Shown here: positions 34,358 to 46,881 of the stretch, in pieces
How positions within the stretch are numbered: position 1 is the first letter of the stretch
How the letters are laid out: every line of letters begins with the position of its first letter
NCBI GenBank assembly: GCA_041629655.1
Contig: JBFKMV010000001.1
Span: 8,075 to 72,074, forward strand
DNA from: Candidatus Polarisedimenticolaceae bacterium
GTDB lineage: Bacteria > Acidobacteriota > Polarisedimenticolia > Polarisedimenticolales > Polarisedimenticolaceae
DNA length: 64,000 nucleotides
Direction: 5' to 3'
Notes under the pieces: generated by a model
The model's database searches: none
What the model saw: only the letters and a program-made list of their open reading frames with translations
What the model was told of the DNA's origin: nothing
Made by a program: the position numbers and the translations under genes

Positions 34358-35164
34358 TCAGGCCAGGTCGATGTCCGCGAGCTCGGCCTCGTCGAGACCC
34401 AGGTAGTGTCCCAGCTCGTGGTACAGCGTGATCGCGATCTGCTCCTCGAGGTCCTCCGGATCCTCGGCTTGCCGCTCGAGGTTGCGCTGGAACAGGTAGA
34501 TCCGCGGCGGTAGCTCGCCGCCCGGCGAGAAGTGGGTCTGCTGGTCCAGGGCCACGCCGACGAACAGTCCCAGCAGGTCGGGACCCAGCGGCGGCTCGTC
34601 GGCCGTCAGGACCTCCAGCGGGGGCACCGGCTCGACGCTGACCGCCACGTCGTCGAGATGCCGCCGGAAGGTCTCCGGCAGGCGCGCGGCGGCGTCCTGC
34701 ACGCACCGCTCGAAGGCCTCGCGGGTCAGGCGCCGCGCCGGCGGGCAGCCCTCCGGATCCAGCTCGGCGGCGCGCGCCAATTCGCGGTCGGCGTGGTCCA
34801 GCTCGCCGCGCAGCTCGAGCACCAGCCCCAGCACCTCGTGCGCGAAGGCGAAGCCCTCGTCCGCCTCGACCGCCGCCCGCGCGTGGGGCAGCGCCTCGTC
34901 GGGCTTCACGACGTGGTAGAGCGCCAGGGCCAGGCGGGACCGGAACTCCGGGTCGTCGGGATCGGCGGCCACGGCCTGCCGGAGCGGCTCGACGGCGTCG
35001 CCGGCGCGGTCGAGGTCCAGCAGCGCGACCCCCTCGAGGAACCGCAGCACCGGGTCGTCACCGTCGTCCGCCTCGCGGATCAGGCGCAGTGCGTTCTCGG
35101 GATCGCCGCGGTCGAGCGCGTCGTAGGCCGCCTCGACGCGGTCGTACTCCTCGTCCTTGACCAT
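34358..35164 (-). CDS. TPR-repeat protein fused to a small zincin (HExxH, DUF1025-like) metallopeptidase domain
   Basis: N-terminal TPR-like repeats. The C-terminus has ITLYHELGHYLGLDE. Confidence 0.6.
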   Translation of the reverse strand: MVKDEEYDRVEAAYDALDRGDPENALRLIREADDGDDPVLRFLEGVALLDLDRAGDAVEPLRQAVAADPDDPEFRSRLALALYHVVKPDEALPHARAAVEADEGFAFAHEVLGLVLELRGELDHADRELARAAELDPEGCPPARRLTREAFERCVQDAAARLPETFRRHLDDVAVSVEPVPPLEVLTADEPPLGPDLLGLFVGVALDQQTHFSPGGELPPRIYLFQRNLERQAEDPEDLEEQIAITLYHELGHYLGLDEAELADIDLA

Positions 35165-35180
35165 GGCGAGAGTCTAGCGG

Positions 35181-35999
35181 TCACTCGGGCTCGCTCGCCA
35201 GGGAGTTGCGGAGCTCGATCAGCGCCCGCCGTTCGAGCTGTCGCACCCGCTCGCGGCTGATCCCGAGCCGGCGTCCGATCTGCCGCAACGTCATCGGCTC
35301 CTGCCCGTTGAACCCGAACCGCAGCAGCAGGACCTCGAGCTGCTTGGCGTTCAACGCGCCCATCAGCCCGTGCAGGTGCCGGCCCAGATCGCGCCGGATC
35401 GCGGCGTCCTGGGGACCCGGCATGTCGCTGGCCACCAGCGCGTCGCGCAACGGCCGGGTTCCCCCGGGCAGCGAGCTCTCCTCGATCGAGATCGGGCTCT
35501 GGCCGATCCGCAGCAAGCGGGCCACGTCGGCCCGGGACCGCCCCGTCTCTGCCGCCAGCTCGTCGGCGGTGGGGTCGCGGAGGTGCCGCCGCCGCCAGGC
35601 CCGCCGGGCCTCGTTGAGGTGCCGCAGCTGCTCCTGGCGGTAGCGTGGGATGCGAACCGCGCCGGACTGCTCCTCCAGCGCCTTGAGGATCGACTTCCGG
35701 ATCCACCAGTCGGCGTAGGTCACGAACTTGACCTTCCGCGAGGGCTGGTAGCGCAGCGAGGCCTCGACGAGCCCGAGGTTGCCGGCCGACAGCAGCTCGT
35801 CGAAGGGCAGCCCGCATCCGCTGAAGCGGCGGGCGACGTGGGGGACGTAGGCCAGCGCCTTCCGGATCCAACGCGAGCGGGACGAGGCCGAGCTCGGTTC
35901 TTCGGTCTGCAACTGCCTGGCCATCGGCCTCCCTTCGAGCACAGACGCGCGGGAACCGGAAACCGCCGGATCGGACGAGGCATTCCCGGCGTTCTTCAT
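35181..35999 (-). CDS. Sigma-70 family RNA polymerase sigma factor (regions 2-4, RpoS/group-3-like)
   Basis: GNLGLVEASLRYQPSRKVKFVTYADWWIRKSILKAL (region 2), IPRYRQEQ (region 3) and TLRQIGRRLGISRERVRQLERRAL (region 4.2). The start is uncertain (35999 or 35924). Confidence 0.8.
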   Translation of the reverse strand: MKNAGNASSDPAVSGSRASVLEGRPMARQLQTEEPSSASSRSRWIRKALAYVPHVARRFSGCGLPFDELLSAGNLGLVEASLRYQPSRKVKFVTYADWWIRKSILKALEEQSGAVRIPRYRQEQLRHLNEARRAWRRRHLRDPTADELAAETGRSRADVARLLRIGQSPISIEESSLPGGTRPLRDALVASDMPGPQDAAIRRDLGRHLHGLMGALNAKQLEVLLLRFGFNGQEPMTLRQIGRRLGISRERVRQLERRALIELRNSLASEPE

Positions 36000-36129
36000 T
36001 GAGTCACCACCGGGTACGTGTTAACCTCGGCGGTTCGACGGCCGCGGGCCGGCCCTCGGTCCCTTTGCCGATCGGCGCCCGACGCGAGGCCCGACCCGTC
36101 CGGACCCCGATCGACGACGAGCGAGCACC

Positions 36130-37935
36130 ATGGCGGAGCGGACGCGCGACGACATCCGGAACCTGGCGATCATCGCGCACGTGGACCACGGCAAGACCAC
36201 CCTGGTCGACGCCCTGCTGTGGCAGAGCCGGCTGCTCGCCGAGAGCGACGGCGCCGCCGGCGATCTCGCCTCGCGAGTCGACCTGGAACGCGAGAAGGCG
36301 ATCAACGTGATGCCGCCGCTTGTCTCGTTCGAGTACCGCGGCACGCGCTTCAACATCCTCGATGCGCCCGGCCAGGCCGACCCCGGCGACCGGGCCCAGC
36401 GCGTGTTCCGCATGGCGGACGGGGTGGTGCTGATCGTCGACGCCTGCGAGGGGCCCGCGCCTCCGACCCGGTTCGCGCTGCGCAAGGCGCTCGAGGCCGG
36501 CCTGGCCCCGCTGGTGGTGCTGAACAAGATCGACCTGCCGGGCAGTCGCCCGGCGGAGGTGCTCGAAGAGATCCGCGAGACGTTCATCGATCTCGATGCT
36601 AGCGAGGCCCAGCAGCGCTTTCCAATCTTCTTCTGCAACGCGCTCCAGGGCCTGTACCGCGCCGACCCGCAGCAGGCCGAGCAGCCCCTGGTCGGGCTGC
36701 TGGAACACTTGCGCGAGACCGTCCCCCCGCCGGCTTACGACGACGAGGCGCCGTTGCAGCTGCTGATCTGTAGCCGCAGCTACGACGACTTCCTCGGGCG
36801 GCTGGCGATCGGCCGGGTGTTCCACGGCTCGCTCACCCGGGGCGCGCGCGTGAGCCATTGCCGGCTGGACGGCGACGCCGTGCCGGCCCGGGTGGCGGGA
36901 ATCTACGGCCACGACGGCCTGCGCCGGGTGGAGCTGGAGCGGGCCGGGCCGGGCGACATCGTCGAGATCAACGGCGTGGAGCAGCTCCAGATCGGGGAGA
37001 CGCTGAGCGACCCCGAGGACCCGCGTCCGCTACCCCCGATCCGGGTCGGCGAGCCCGTCATCTCGGTCCTGCTCGGCGTCAACGATTCGCCGATGGCCAG
37101 CCTCGACGGCGAGCACGTCTCGGCCGACAAGCTGCGCGAGCGCCTGTGGACCGAGATCCTGACCAACGTGACGATCCGCGTCGAGGAGACCGAATCCTCG
37201 GACACCTTCCGCCTGGCCGCCCGCGGCGAGCTGCAGATCGCGATCCTGCTCGAGATGATGCGCCGCGAGGGATTCGAGATGTCGGTCGGCCGCCCTGCGG
37301 CGGACACCCGCCGCGGCGAGGACGGGGACCTGGTGCCGATGGAACGGCTGGTGCTCGACCTCCCCGAGCAGCTCGGTAGCATCGTCGCGCACCGCGTCGA
37401 GGCGCGCGGCGGCCGGCTGGGCCGGATGGTCAACCACGGCACGGGTCGCGTACGGATGGAGTACCGCATCCCGGCGCTGGGCCTGATCGGCTTCCGCTCC
37501 GAATTCCTCAGCGACACGCGCGGGACCGGGATCATGAGTCACGAGTTCGACGGCTGGGCGCCGTCCACGGGTGAGGTCCCGGGCCGCAGCACCGGCGTGC
37601 TGGTGGCCGACCGGCCCGGACGGTGCACGGTCCACGCGATCGACCACCTGCAGCACCGCGGGACGTTGTTCGTCGCGCCGGGGGACCAGGTCTATGCGGG
37701 AATGATCGTGGGCGAGAACTCGCGCGCCAACGATCTCGAGGTCAACATCACCAAGCTCCGCCCGACCGGCGCGGCGCCCGGGGGGCGGGAGGTGCGGTTG
37801 ATCCCGCCCCGGACGATGAGTCTCGAGCAGGCGCTGGCCTTCCTGCGCGACGACGAGATCGCCGAGGTCACGCCGCGCGCGCTGCGCCTGCGCAAACGGG
37901 TGCTCGGGTCCGCCTCCCGCCCCGGCCCGGTCTGA
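36130..37935 (+). CDS. BipA/TypA-family translational GTPase paralogue with substituted switch residues
   Basis: G1 AHVDHGKTT and G4 NKID are intact, and the BipA C-terminal domain is present (LIGFRSEF, PPRTMSLEQAL). Switch II reads DAPGQADPG rather than DTPGHADFG. Switch I reads EKAINV rather than ERGITI. Confidence 0.75.
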   Translation: MAERTRDDIRNLAIIAHVDHGKTTLVDALLWQSRLLAESDGAAGDLASRVDLEREKAINVMPPLVSFEYRGTRFNILDAPGQADPGDRAQRVFRMADGVVLIVDACEGPAPPTRFALRKALEAGLAPLVVLNKIDLPGSRPAEVLEEIRETFIDLDASEAQQRFPIFFCNALQGLYRADPQQAEQPLVGLLEHLRETVPPPAYDDEAPLQLLICSRSYDDFLGRLAIGRVFHGSLTRGARVSHCRLDGDAVPARVAGIYGHDGLRRVELERAGPGDIVEINGVEQLQIGETLSDPEDPRPLPPIRVGEPVISVLLGVNDSPMASLDGEHVSADKLRERLWTEILTNVTIRVEETESSDTFRLAARGELQIAILLEMMRREGFEMSVGRPAADTRRGEDGDLVPMERLVLDLPEQLGSIVAHRVEARGGRLGRMVNHGTGRVRMEYRIPALGLIGFRSEFLSDTRGTGIMSHEFDGWAPSTGEVPGRSTGVLVADRPGRCTVHAIDHLQHRGTLFVAPGDQVYAGMIVGENSRANDLEVNITKLRPTGAAPGGREVRLIPPRTMSLEQALAFLRDDEIAEVTPRALRLRKRVLGSASRPGPV

Positions 37936-37992
37936 CCCGGCCCGCGGCCACGTTGTTTGGCCGGCCCCCGGAGCGGTGGTAGATTGCGGAGC

Positions 37993-39561
37993 ATGAACGG
38001 ATCGGTCCTGACCTGGCTGGCCGCAGGGGGCGCGCTGCTGCTCGGCGCGGCCCTGGGCTGGTTCCTGAACAACCGCTTCGGCCGCCGGAGCCTGGAAGCG
38101 GCCCGCGCGCGATCGGAAGAGGTGGTCCGGAACGCGGAGCGCGCCGCGGACAAGGTGCGGCGCGCCAAGGTGCTCGAGGCCCGCCAGGAGATCCTGCAGC
38201 AGAAGAACCGCGCCGACCGCGATTTCCGCAACCGCAAGCGTCAGCTTCAGAAACGCGACCGCGACATCAAGGCCGCGCGGCGGGCGCTCGAGGAGGCCGA
38301 GACCGCGCTCCAGGCCCGCAACCAGGAGCTCGAGCGGGCGCAGCAAACGCTCGACGGCCGCGACAAACAGCTCGAGGAGCAGCACCAGGAGGTGGAGCGG
38401 CTGATCGCCGAGCAGAACAGCCGGCTGGAGAAGGTCGCGGCGATGACCCAGGACGAGGCGCGCCGCCAGCTGCTCGACAACCTCAAGGCCAAGACCCGCT
38501 ACGAGGCCGCCGGGATGATCAAGGAGATCAAGGACGAGGCCCAGCGCAACGCCGAGGCCGAGGCGGTCAAGATCATCGCCCTGGCCGTGGAGCGCGCGGC
38601 GTCGGACTTCAGCGCGGAGCGGACGATCAGCCAGTTCGCGTTGCCGCAGGGCAGCGACCTCAAGGGCCGGATCATCGGCCAGGAGGGCAAGAACATCCGC
38701 GCCTTCGAGAAGGCCACCGGCATCCAGCTGCTGCTCGACGAGGACAGCAACTCCGTCACGCTGTCCGGCTACAACCCGATCGGGCGCGAGCTGGCCCGCC
38801 GCGTGCTGGAGACCCTGGTCAAGGACGGCAACATCCACCCGCGCCGGATCGACGAGCTGACGCGGCGCAACCGCCGCCGGCTCGAAGAGGAGATGCGGCA
38901 GGCGGGCCAGGAAGCGCTCAAGGAGCTCGGCCTCAAGGGCATGCACCCGGAGATGACCAAGCTGCTGGGCCGGCTGAGATACCGCACCTCGTATGGCCAG
39001 AACGTGCTGCAGCACTCCAAGGAGGTCGCCTACCTGACCGGCATGATGGCCGCCGAGCTGAGGCTCGACGAGAGCCTGGCCCGGCGCGCCGGCCTGCTCC
39101 ACGACATCGGCAAGGCGATCGACTACGAGCGCGAGGGGACCCACCCCGAGATCGGCGCCGAGGTCGGCCAGAAGTACGGCGAGGACGAGGTGGTCGTCAA
39201 CGCGATCGCCTCGCACCACGAGGACTGCGAGTACACCTCGCCGATCTCGGTCCTGGTCTCGGCGGCCGACTCGCTGTCCGGCGCCCGCCCCGGCGCGCGA
39301 CGCAAGAGCGTGGCCGAGTACATCAAGCGGATCGAGCGGCTGGAGGACCTGGCCAACTCGATGGACGGCGTCGAGCAGTCCTACGCGCTTCACGCCGGCC
39401 GCGAGATCCGGGTCATCGCGCGCTCGAAGATCCTGGACGACGCCCGGGTGGAGCTGCTGGCGACCGACCTGGCCTCGCGGATCCAGTCCGAGATGGACTA
39501 CCCGGGCAAGATCAAGATCACGGTCATCCGCGAGACACGGGCCGTCGAATACGCCCGCTGA
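37993..39561 (+). CDS. rny: Ribonuclease Y
   Basis: N-terminal TM segment, a long coiled-coil, a KH domain (GRIIGQEGKNIRAFE) and an HD domain (HSKEVA...LLHDIGK). Confidence 0.9.
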   Translation: MNGSVLTWLAAGGALLLGAALGWFLNNRFGRRSLEAARARSEEVVRNAERAADKVRRAKVLEARQEILQQKNRADRDFRNRKRQLQKRDRDIKAARRALEEAETALQARNQELERAQQTLDGRDKQLEEQHQEVERLIAEQNSRLEKVAAMTQDEARRQLLDNLKAKTRYEAAGMIKEIKDEAQRNAEAEAVKIIALAVERAASDFSAERTISQFALPQGSDLKGRIIGQEGKNIRAFEKATGIQLLLDEDSNSVTLSGYNPIGRELARRVLETLVKDGNIHPRRIDELTRRNRRRLEEEMRQAGQEALKELGLKGMHPEMTKLLGRLRYRTSYGQNVLQHSKEVAYLTGMMAAELRLDESLARRAGLLHDIGKAIDYEREGTHPEIGAEVGQKYGEDEVVVNAIASHHEDCEYTSPISVLVSAADSLSGARPGARRKSVAEYIKRIERLEDLANSMDGVEQSYALHAGREIRVIARSKILDDARVELLATDLASRIQSEMDYPGKIKITVIRETRAVEYAR

Positions 39562-39680
39562 GCCCGCCTCCGGACCGTCCGGGTCCGGTCCGCCGCTTGG
39601 AGAGCGCCCGCCACGGATGGTAGAGTGACCGTCCATCCCGGCTCCCGGAGCGCGGACGCTCCCGGCTAAACGAGGCGCCC

Positions 39681-40871
39681 ATGACCAAGGAACTTTTGAG
39701 CCCCAGGAACATCGAGTACATCGAGCGGGCGCGCGAGGTCGCCGAGACCGCGATGCGCCCCGTCGCGGCCAAGTACGACCAGGAGCAGGCCTACCCGTGG
39801 GAGGTCCAGCAGGCGATCAAGGACGCCGGCCTGAGCGGCGTGTGGATCCCCGAGGAGTACGGCGGCGAGGGCGGCGGCGTGCTCAATCTGTGCCTGGTGA
39901 TCGAGCAGTTCTCCCGCGCCTGCGGGGGGATGGGAGTCGCCTACGCGGTCAACGCCCTCGGCTCGTTCCCGATCCTGGTCGGCGGCACCGAGGAGCAGCG
40001 GCGGCGCTGGCTGCCCCAGATCGCCTCGGGCGACACGCTGATCGCGTTCGGGTTGTCCGAGAAAGACGCCGGCTCTGACGCCGGATCGATGCAGACCACG
40101 GCCGAGCTCGACGGCGAGCACTACGTGATCAACGGGCTCAAGAAGTGGAACACCGGCGGCGCCGTCGCCGGGCTGAACACGATCTTCGCGGTGACCCAGC
40201 CCGGACGGGGTGCCCGCGGCATCTCCGGGATCGTCGTCGAGGCCGGCACGCCGGGCTACAAGGTCGGCAAGCACGAGGACAAGATGGGGATCCGCTGCGT
40301 GCCGGTGGTCGAGCTGCACCTCGACAACTGCCGGGTGCCGCGCGACAACCTGCTCGGCGGATCGGAGGGCCTCGGGTTCAAACACGCCATGATGACCCTC
40401 GACCGGGCCCGGCCGGGCGTGGCGGCCCAGGCGCTCGGGCTGGCCCAGGGCGCGTTCGAGCTGGCGGTCGAGTACACGGGCGCCCGACAGCAGTTCGGGC
40501 AGTCGATCAGCTCGTTCCAGGGCATCCAGTGGATGCTGGCCGACATGGCGACCGAGATCGAGGCGGCGCGGCACCTGGTCTACACCGCGGCGCGGGCCGC
40601 GGACGCCGGAGTCAAGAACCTGACCAAGCTGTCGGCGATGTGCAAGCTCAAGGCGACCGACGTCGCCATGAAGGTCACCACCGACGCGGTCCAGCTGTTC
40701 GGCGGCTACGGCTACGTCAAGGACTACCCGATCGAGAAGTACATGCGCGACGCCAAGATCACGCAGATCTACGAGGGCACCAACCAGATCCAGCGGCTGG
40801 TGATCGCGCGCAACATCCTGCGCGAGGCCGCCGGGGCGGCGGCGCGAAAGGAGAAGGTCTCGGCCGAGTAG
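39681..40871 (+). CDS. Acyl-CoA dehydrogenase (short/medium-chain type)
   Basis: GLSEKDAGSDAGSM, GLKKWNTGG and YEGTNQIQRLVIAR motifs. Confidence 0.85.
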   Translation: MTKELLSPRNIEYIERAREVAETAMRPVAAKYDQEQAYPWEVQQAIKDAGLSGVWIPEEYGGEGGGVLNLCLVIEQFSRACGGMGVAYAVNALGSFPILVGGTEEQRRRWLPQIASGDTLIAFGLSEKDAGSDAGSMQTTAELDGEHYVINGLKKWNTGGAVAGLNTIFAVTQPGRGARGISGIVVEAGTPGYKVGKHEDKMGIRCVPVVELHLDNCRVPRDNLLGGSEGLGFKHAMMTLDRARPGVAAQALGLAQGAFELAVEYTGARQQFGQSISSFQGIQWMLADMATEIEAARHLVYTAARAADAGVKNLTKLSAMCKLKATDVAMKVTTDAVQLFGGYGYVKDYPIEKYMRDAKITQIYEGTNQIQRLVIARNILREAAGAAARKEKVSAE

Positions 40872-41010
40872 CCCGGCGGGCGCCAGAAAGGCATTCCCGA
40901 TGCCGCCCCACGTCAGCATGACGTCCACACGGGGACACTGTGTGGCGCCGGGAGGACGCGGGGAGCCCCGCGCCGGGCCGAATTTGATGGTTTTTGAAAG
41001 CTTCCTGCCC

Positions 41011-41026
41011 TGGCATCGGGCTTGCT
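41011..41026 (+). promoter_or_regulatory. Sigma-54 promoter candidate driving a short terminator-bounded transcript
   Basis: TGGCATCGGGCTTGCT has correct spacing and sits in a locally AT-richer intergenic stretch. Dyads ACGTCAgcaTGACGT (40910-40924) and CCACAC-N9-GTGTGG (40925-40945) lie 65-100 nt upstream, where an enhancer site would be expected. Confidence 0.55.
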
Positions 41027-41036
41027 TTTCTCCGAG

Positions 41037-41127
41037 GCGCGACATGACCTCCTCCTGGTCAGTGTCCAGCCCCCTCCAGGCCTGATGGTCTTGCCCCCCC
41101 GCTGGCCTGGAGGGGGCTGACTTTTTT
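41037..41127 (+). ncRNA. Candidate sigma-54-dependent small RNA (about 90 nt) with an anti-Shine-Dalgarno 5' tail
   Basis: The 5' end is predicted 12 nt after the -12 GC. A single-stranded GCGCGACAUGACCUCCUCCUGGUC is followed by a perfect 16-bp terminator hairpin with a C-rich loop and a U6 tail. No credible ORF is present. Confidence 0.45.
41067..41127 (+). terminator. Intrinsic terminator
   Basis: CAGCCCCCTCCAGGCC ... GGCCTGGAGGGGGCTG (16 perfect bp, 21-nt loop) followed by ACTTTTTT. Confidence 0.65.
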
Positions 41128-41198
41128 CAGGGCGTTTTTCAGCCCGCTCCCCGCTCCTTCCGGCCCCCTGTGTCTTGACAGCCCCGCGGACCGGGACC

Positions 41199-41876
41199 AT
41201 GGTCACGGGGGCTGAACCGATGCAGACGACCCCGGCGGACCTGAGCGATGCGATGCTGGACGCGGCCGTGGAGCTGTTGGGGCGCTCCGGCGGCAGCGGG
41301 ATGGTCCGGGTGCAGGGGGTCAGCATGCTGCCGATGCTGCGCCCCGGCCAGCGCCTGGCCGTCGAGTTCTCGCCGGCGCGGCTCGGTGCGGGCGACCTGC
41401 TGCTGTTCCGGCAGGGTGCCGAGCTGGTCGTGCACCGGCTGCTCGGCCGCGGCGGCGGCGCGCGCGGCCCGTCGTACTACCGCACGCGCGGCGACGGCGT
41501 GCCGCGGCTCGATCCCCCGGTGGATCCCGCCAACGTCGTCGGCCGCGTGACGGCCGTCGAGCAGCCGGCCGGCTGGCGCGACGTCCGCGGTCGGCCGGCG
41601 CGGCTCTACGGACGCTGCCTGGCCTGGCACGACCGGTTCTGGTCGCTGGTCCAGCACGGGGCCTCGCGGCTCGATCCGGCGCTGGAACGGATCCACTGGC
41701 GGCTGCGGCTGCGGCCGCGCGTCGCCGCGCTGGACCGCGGGCTGCTGTACGCCGCGCACCGGCTGCTGTTCGCGGCGTTCCACCGGCGGATTCCGGAACC
41801 GCCGGGCCTTGCGGCGCTCGCGGGACCCGACGCCGGCGAGCCCCGCACGGGGACCGGTCCCGCGGCCTCGCGCTGA
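41199..41876 (+). CDS. S26-family signal peptidase, SipW/archaeal (Ser-His) type, with a C-terminal extension
   Basis: GVSMLPML (nucleophile Ser), VVHRLLG (His in place of the bacterial Lys) and RTRGDG. The start is uncertain (41199 or 41220). Confidence 0.6.
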   Translation: MVTGAEPMQTTPADLSDAMLDAAVELLGRSGGSGMVRVQGVSMLPMLRPGQRLAVEFSPARLGAGDLLLFRQGAELVVHRLLGRGGGARGPSYYRTRGDGVPRLDPPVDPANVVGRVTAVEQPAGWRDVRGRPARLYGRCLAWHDRFWSLVQHGASRLDPALERIHWRLRLRPRVAALDRGLLYAAHRLLFAAFHRRIPEPPGLAALAGPDAGEPRTGTGPAASR

Positions 41877-41908
41877 TCCGTGGCGGTTTCGCGCGGGGTG
41901 CGCGAGGC

Positions 41909-41917
41909 TGGTATATT
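41909..41917 (+). promoter_or_regulatory. Extended -10 promoter candidate for secA
   Basis: TGGTATATT, 67 nt upstream of the secA ATG. Confidence 0.3.
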
Positions 41918-41919
41918 GA

Positions 41920-46341
<4,422 letters not shown>

Positions 46342-46348
46342 ACGCCGC

Positions 46349-46876
46349 TCAGGCGTCGCCGCCGCGGACCGGGGGATCCACGGGGGCCGGCAGCAGCTCG
46401 ATCCGGCGCGAGCCCTCGCCGGCGTCGTAGAAGCGGACCGTGATCGCGTCGCGCTTGTGGTACGGGGGCAGCTTCTCGCCCCACTCGACGACCACCACGG
46501 CGCCGCTGGCGAGGATCTCCTCCAGGCCCAGCGAGGCGAAGTCCTCGGGGTCGTCCAGGCGGTAGAGATCGATGTGGAACAGCTCGAGCCGCCCGCCGAG
46601 GTACTCCTGGACCAGCGTGAACGAGGGCGAGTTGACGTCCTCGGGCGCCACGCCGAGACCGGCGGCGAGGCCGCGCGTGAATGCCGTCTTGCCCATGCCG
46701 AGGTCGCCGTCGAGCAGGATCAGCTCGCCGCCCCGGAGCCGTTGGGCCAGGCTGCGGCCCATCTCGACCGTTTCCTCCTCGCTCAGCGAGTAGACCGTGT
46801 TGCGGGCCTGCGGCTCGTTGGCCGCGGCGCGCGCGCGCGCGCGGTCGGACGAGCTGGTGCGGCGCGTGTCTTCCAT
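46349..46876 (-). CDS. tsaE: tRNA t6A biosynthesis ATPase TsaE
   Basis: LLDGDLGMGKTAFTRG, SPSFTLVQEY and HIDLYRL. Confidence 0.85.
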   Translation of the reverse strand: MEDTRRTSSSDRARARAAANEPQARNTVYSLSEEETVEMGRSLAQRLRGGELILLDGDLGMGKTAFTRGLAAGLGVAPEDVNSPSFTLVQEYLGGRLELFHIDLYRLDDPEDFASLGLEEILASGAVVVVEWGEKLPPYHKRDAITVRFYDAGEGSRRIELLPAPVDPPVRGGDA

Positions 46877-46881
46877 CCGGT

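Noticed and set aside
39666-41045. Minus-strand ORF of 459 aa with a very strong GGAGGAGG-N2-ATG start at 41045
   Set aside because: It runs antisense through the whole acyl-CoA dehydrogenase gene with shadow-ORF composition. The SD+ATG-like string is better explained as the complement of the anti-SD tail of the plus-strand sRNA candidate.
40900-41085. 61-aa plus-strand ORF between the acyl-CoA dehydrogenase gene and the terminator
   Set aside because: It has no RBS and no recognisable features. It starts upstream of the predicted sigma-54 start site and ends inside the terminator loop.
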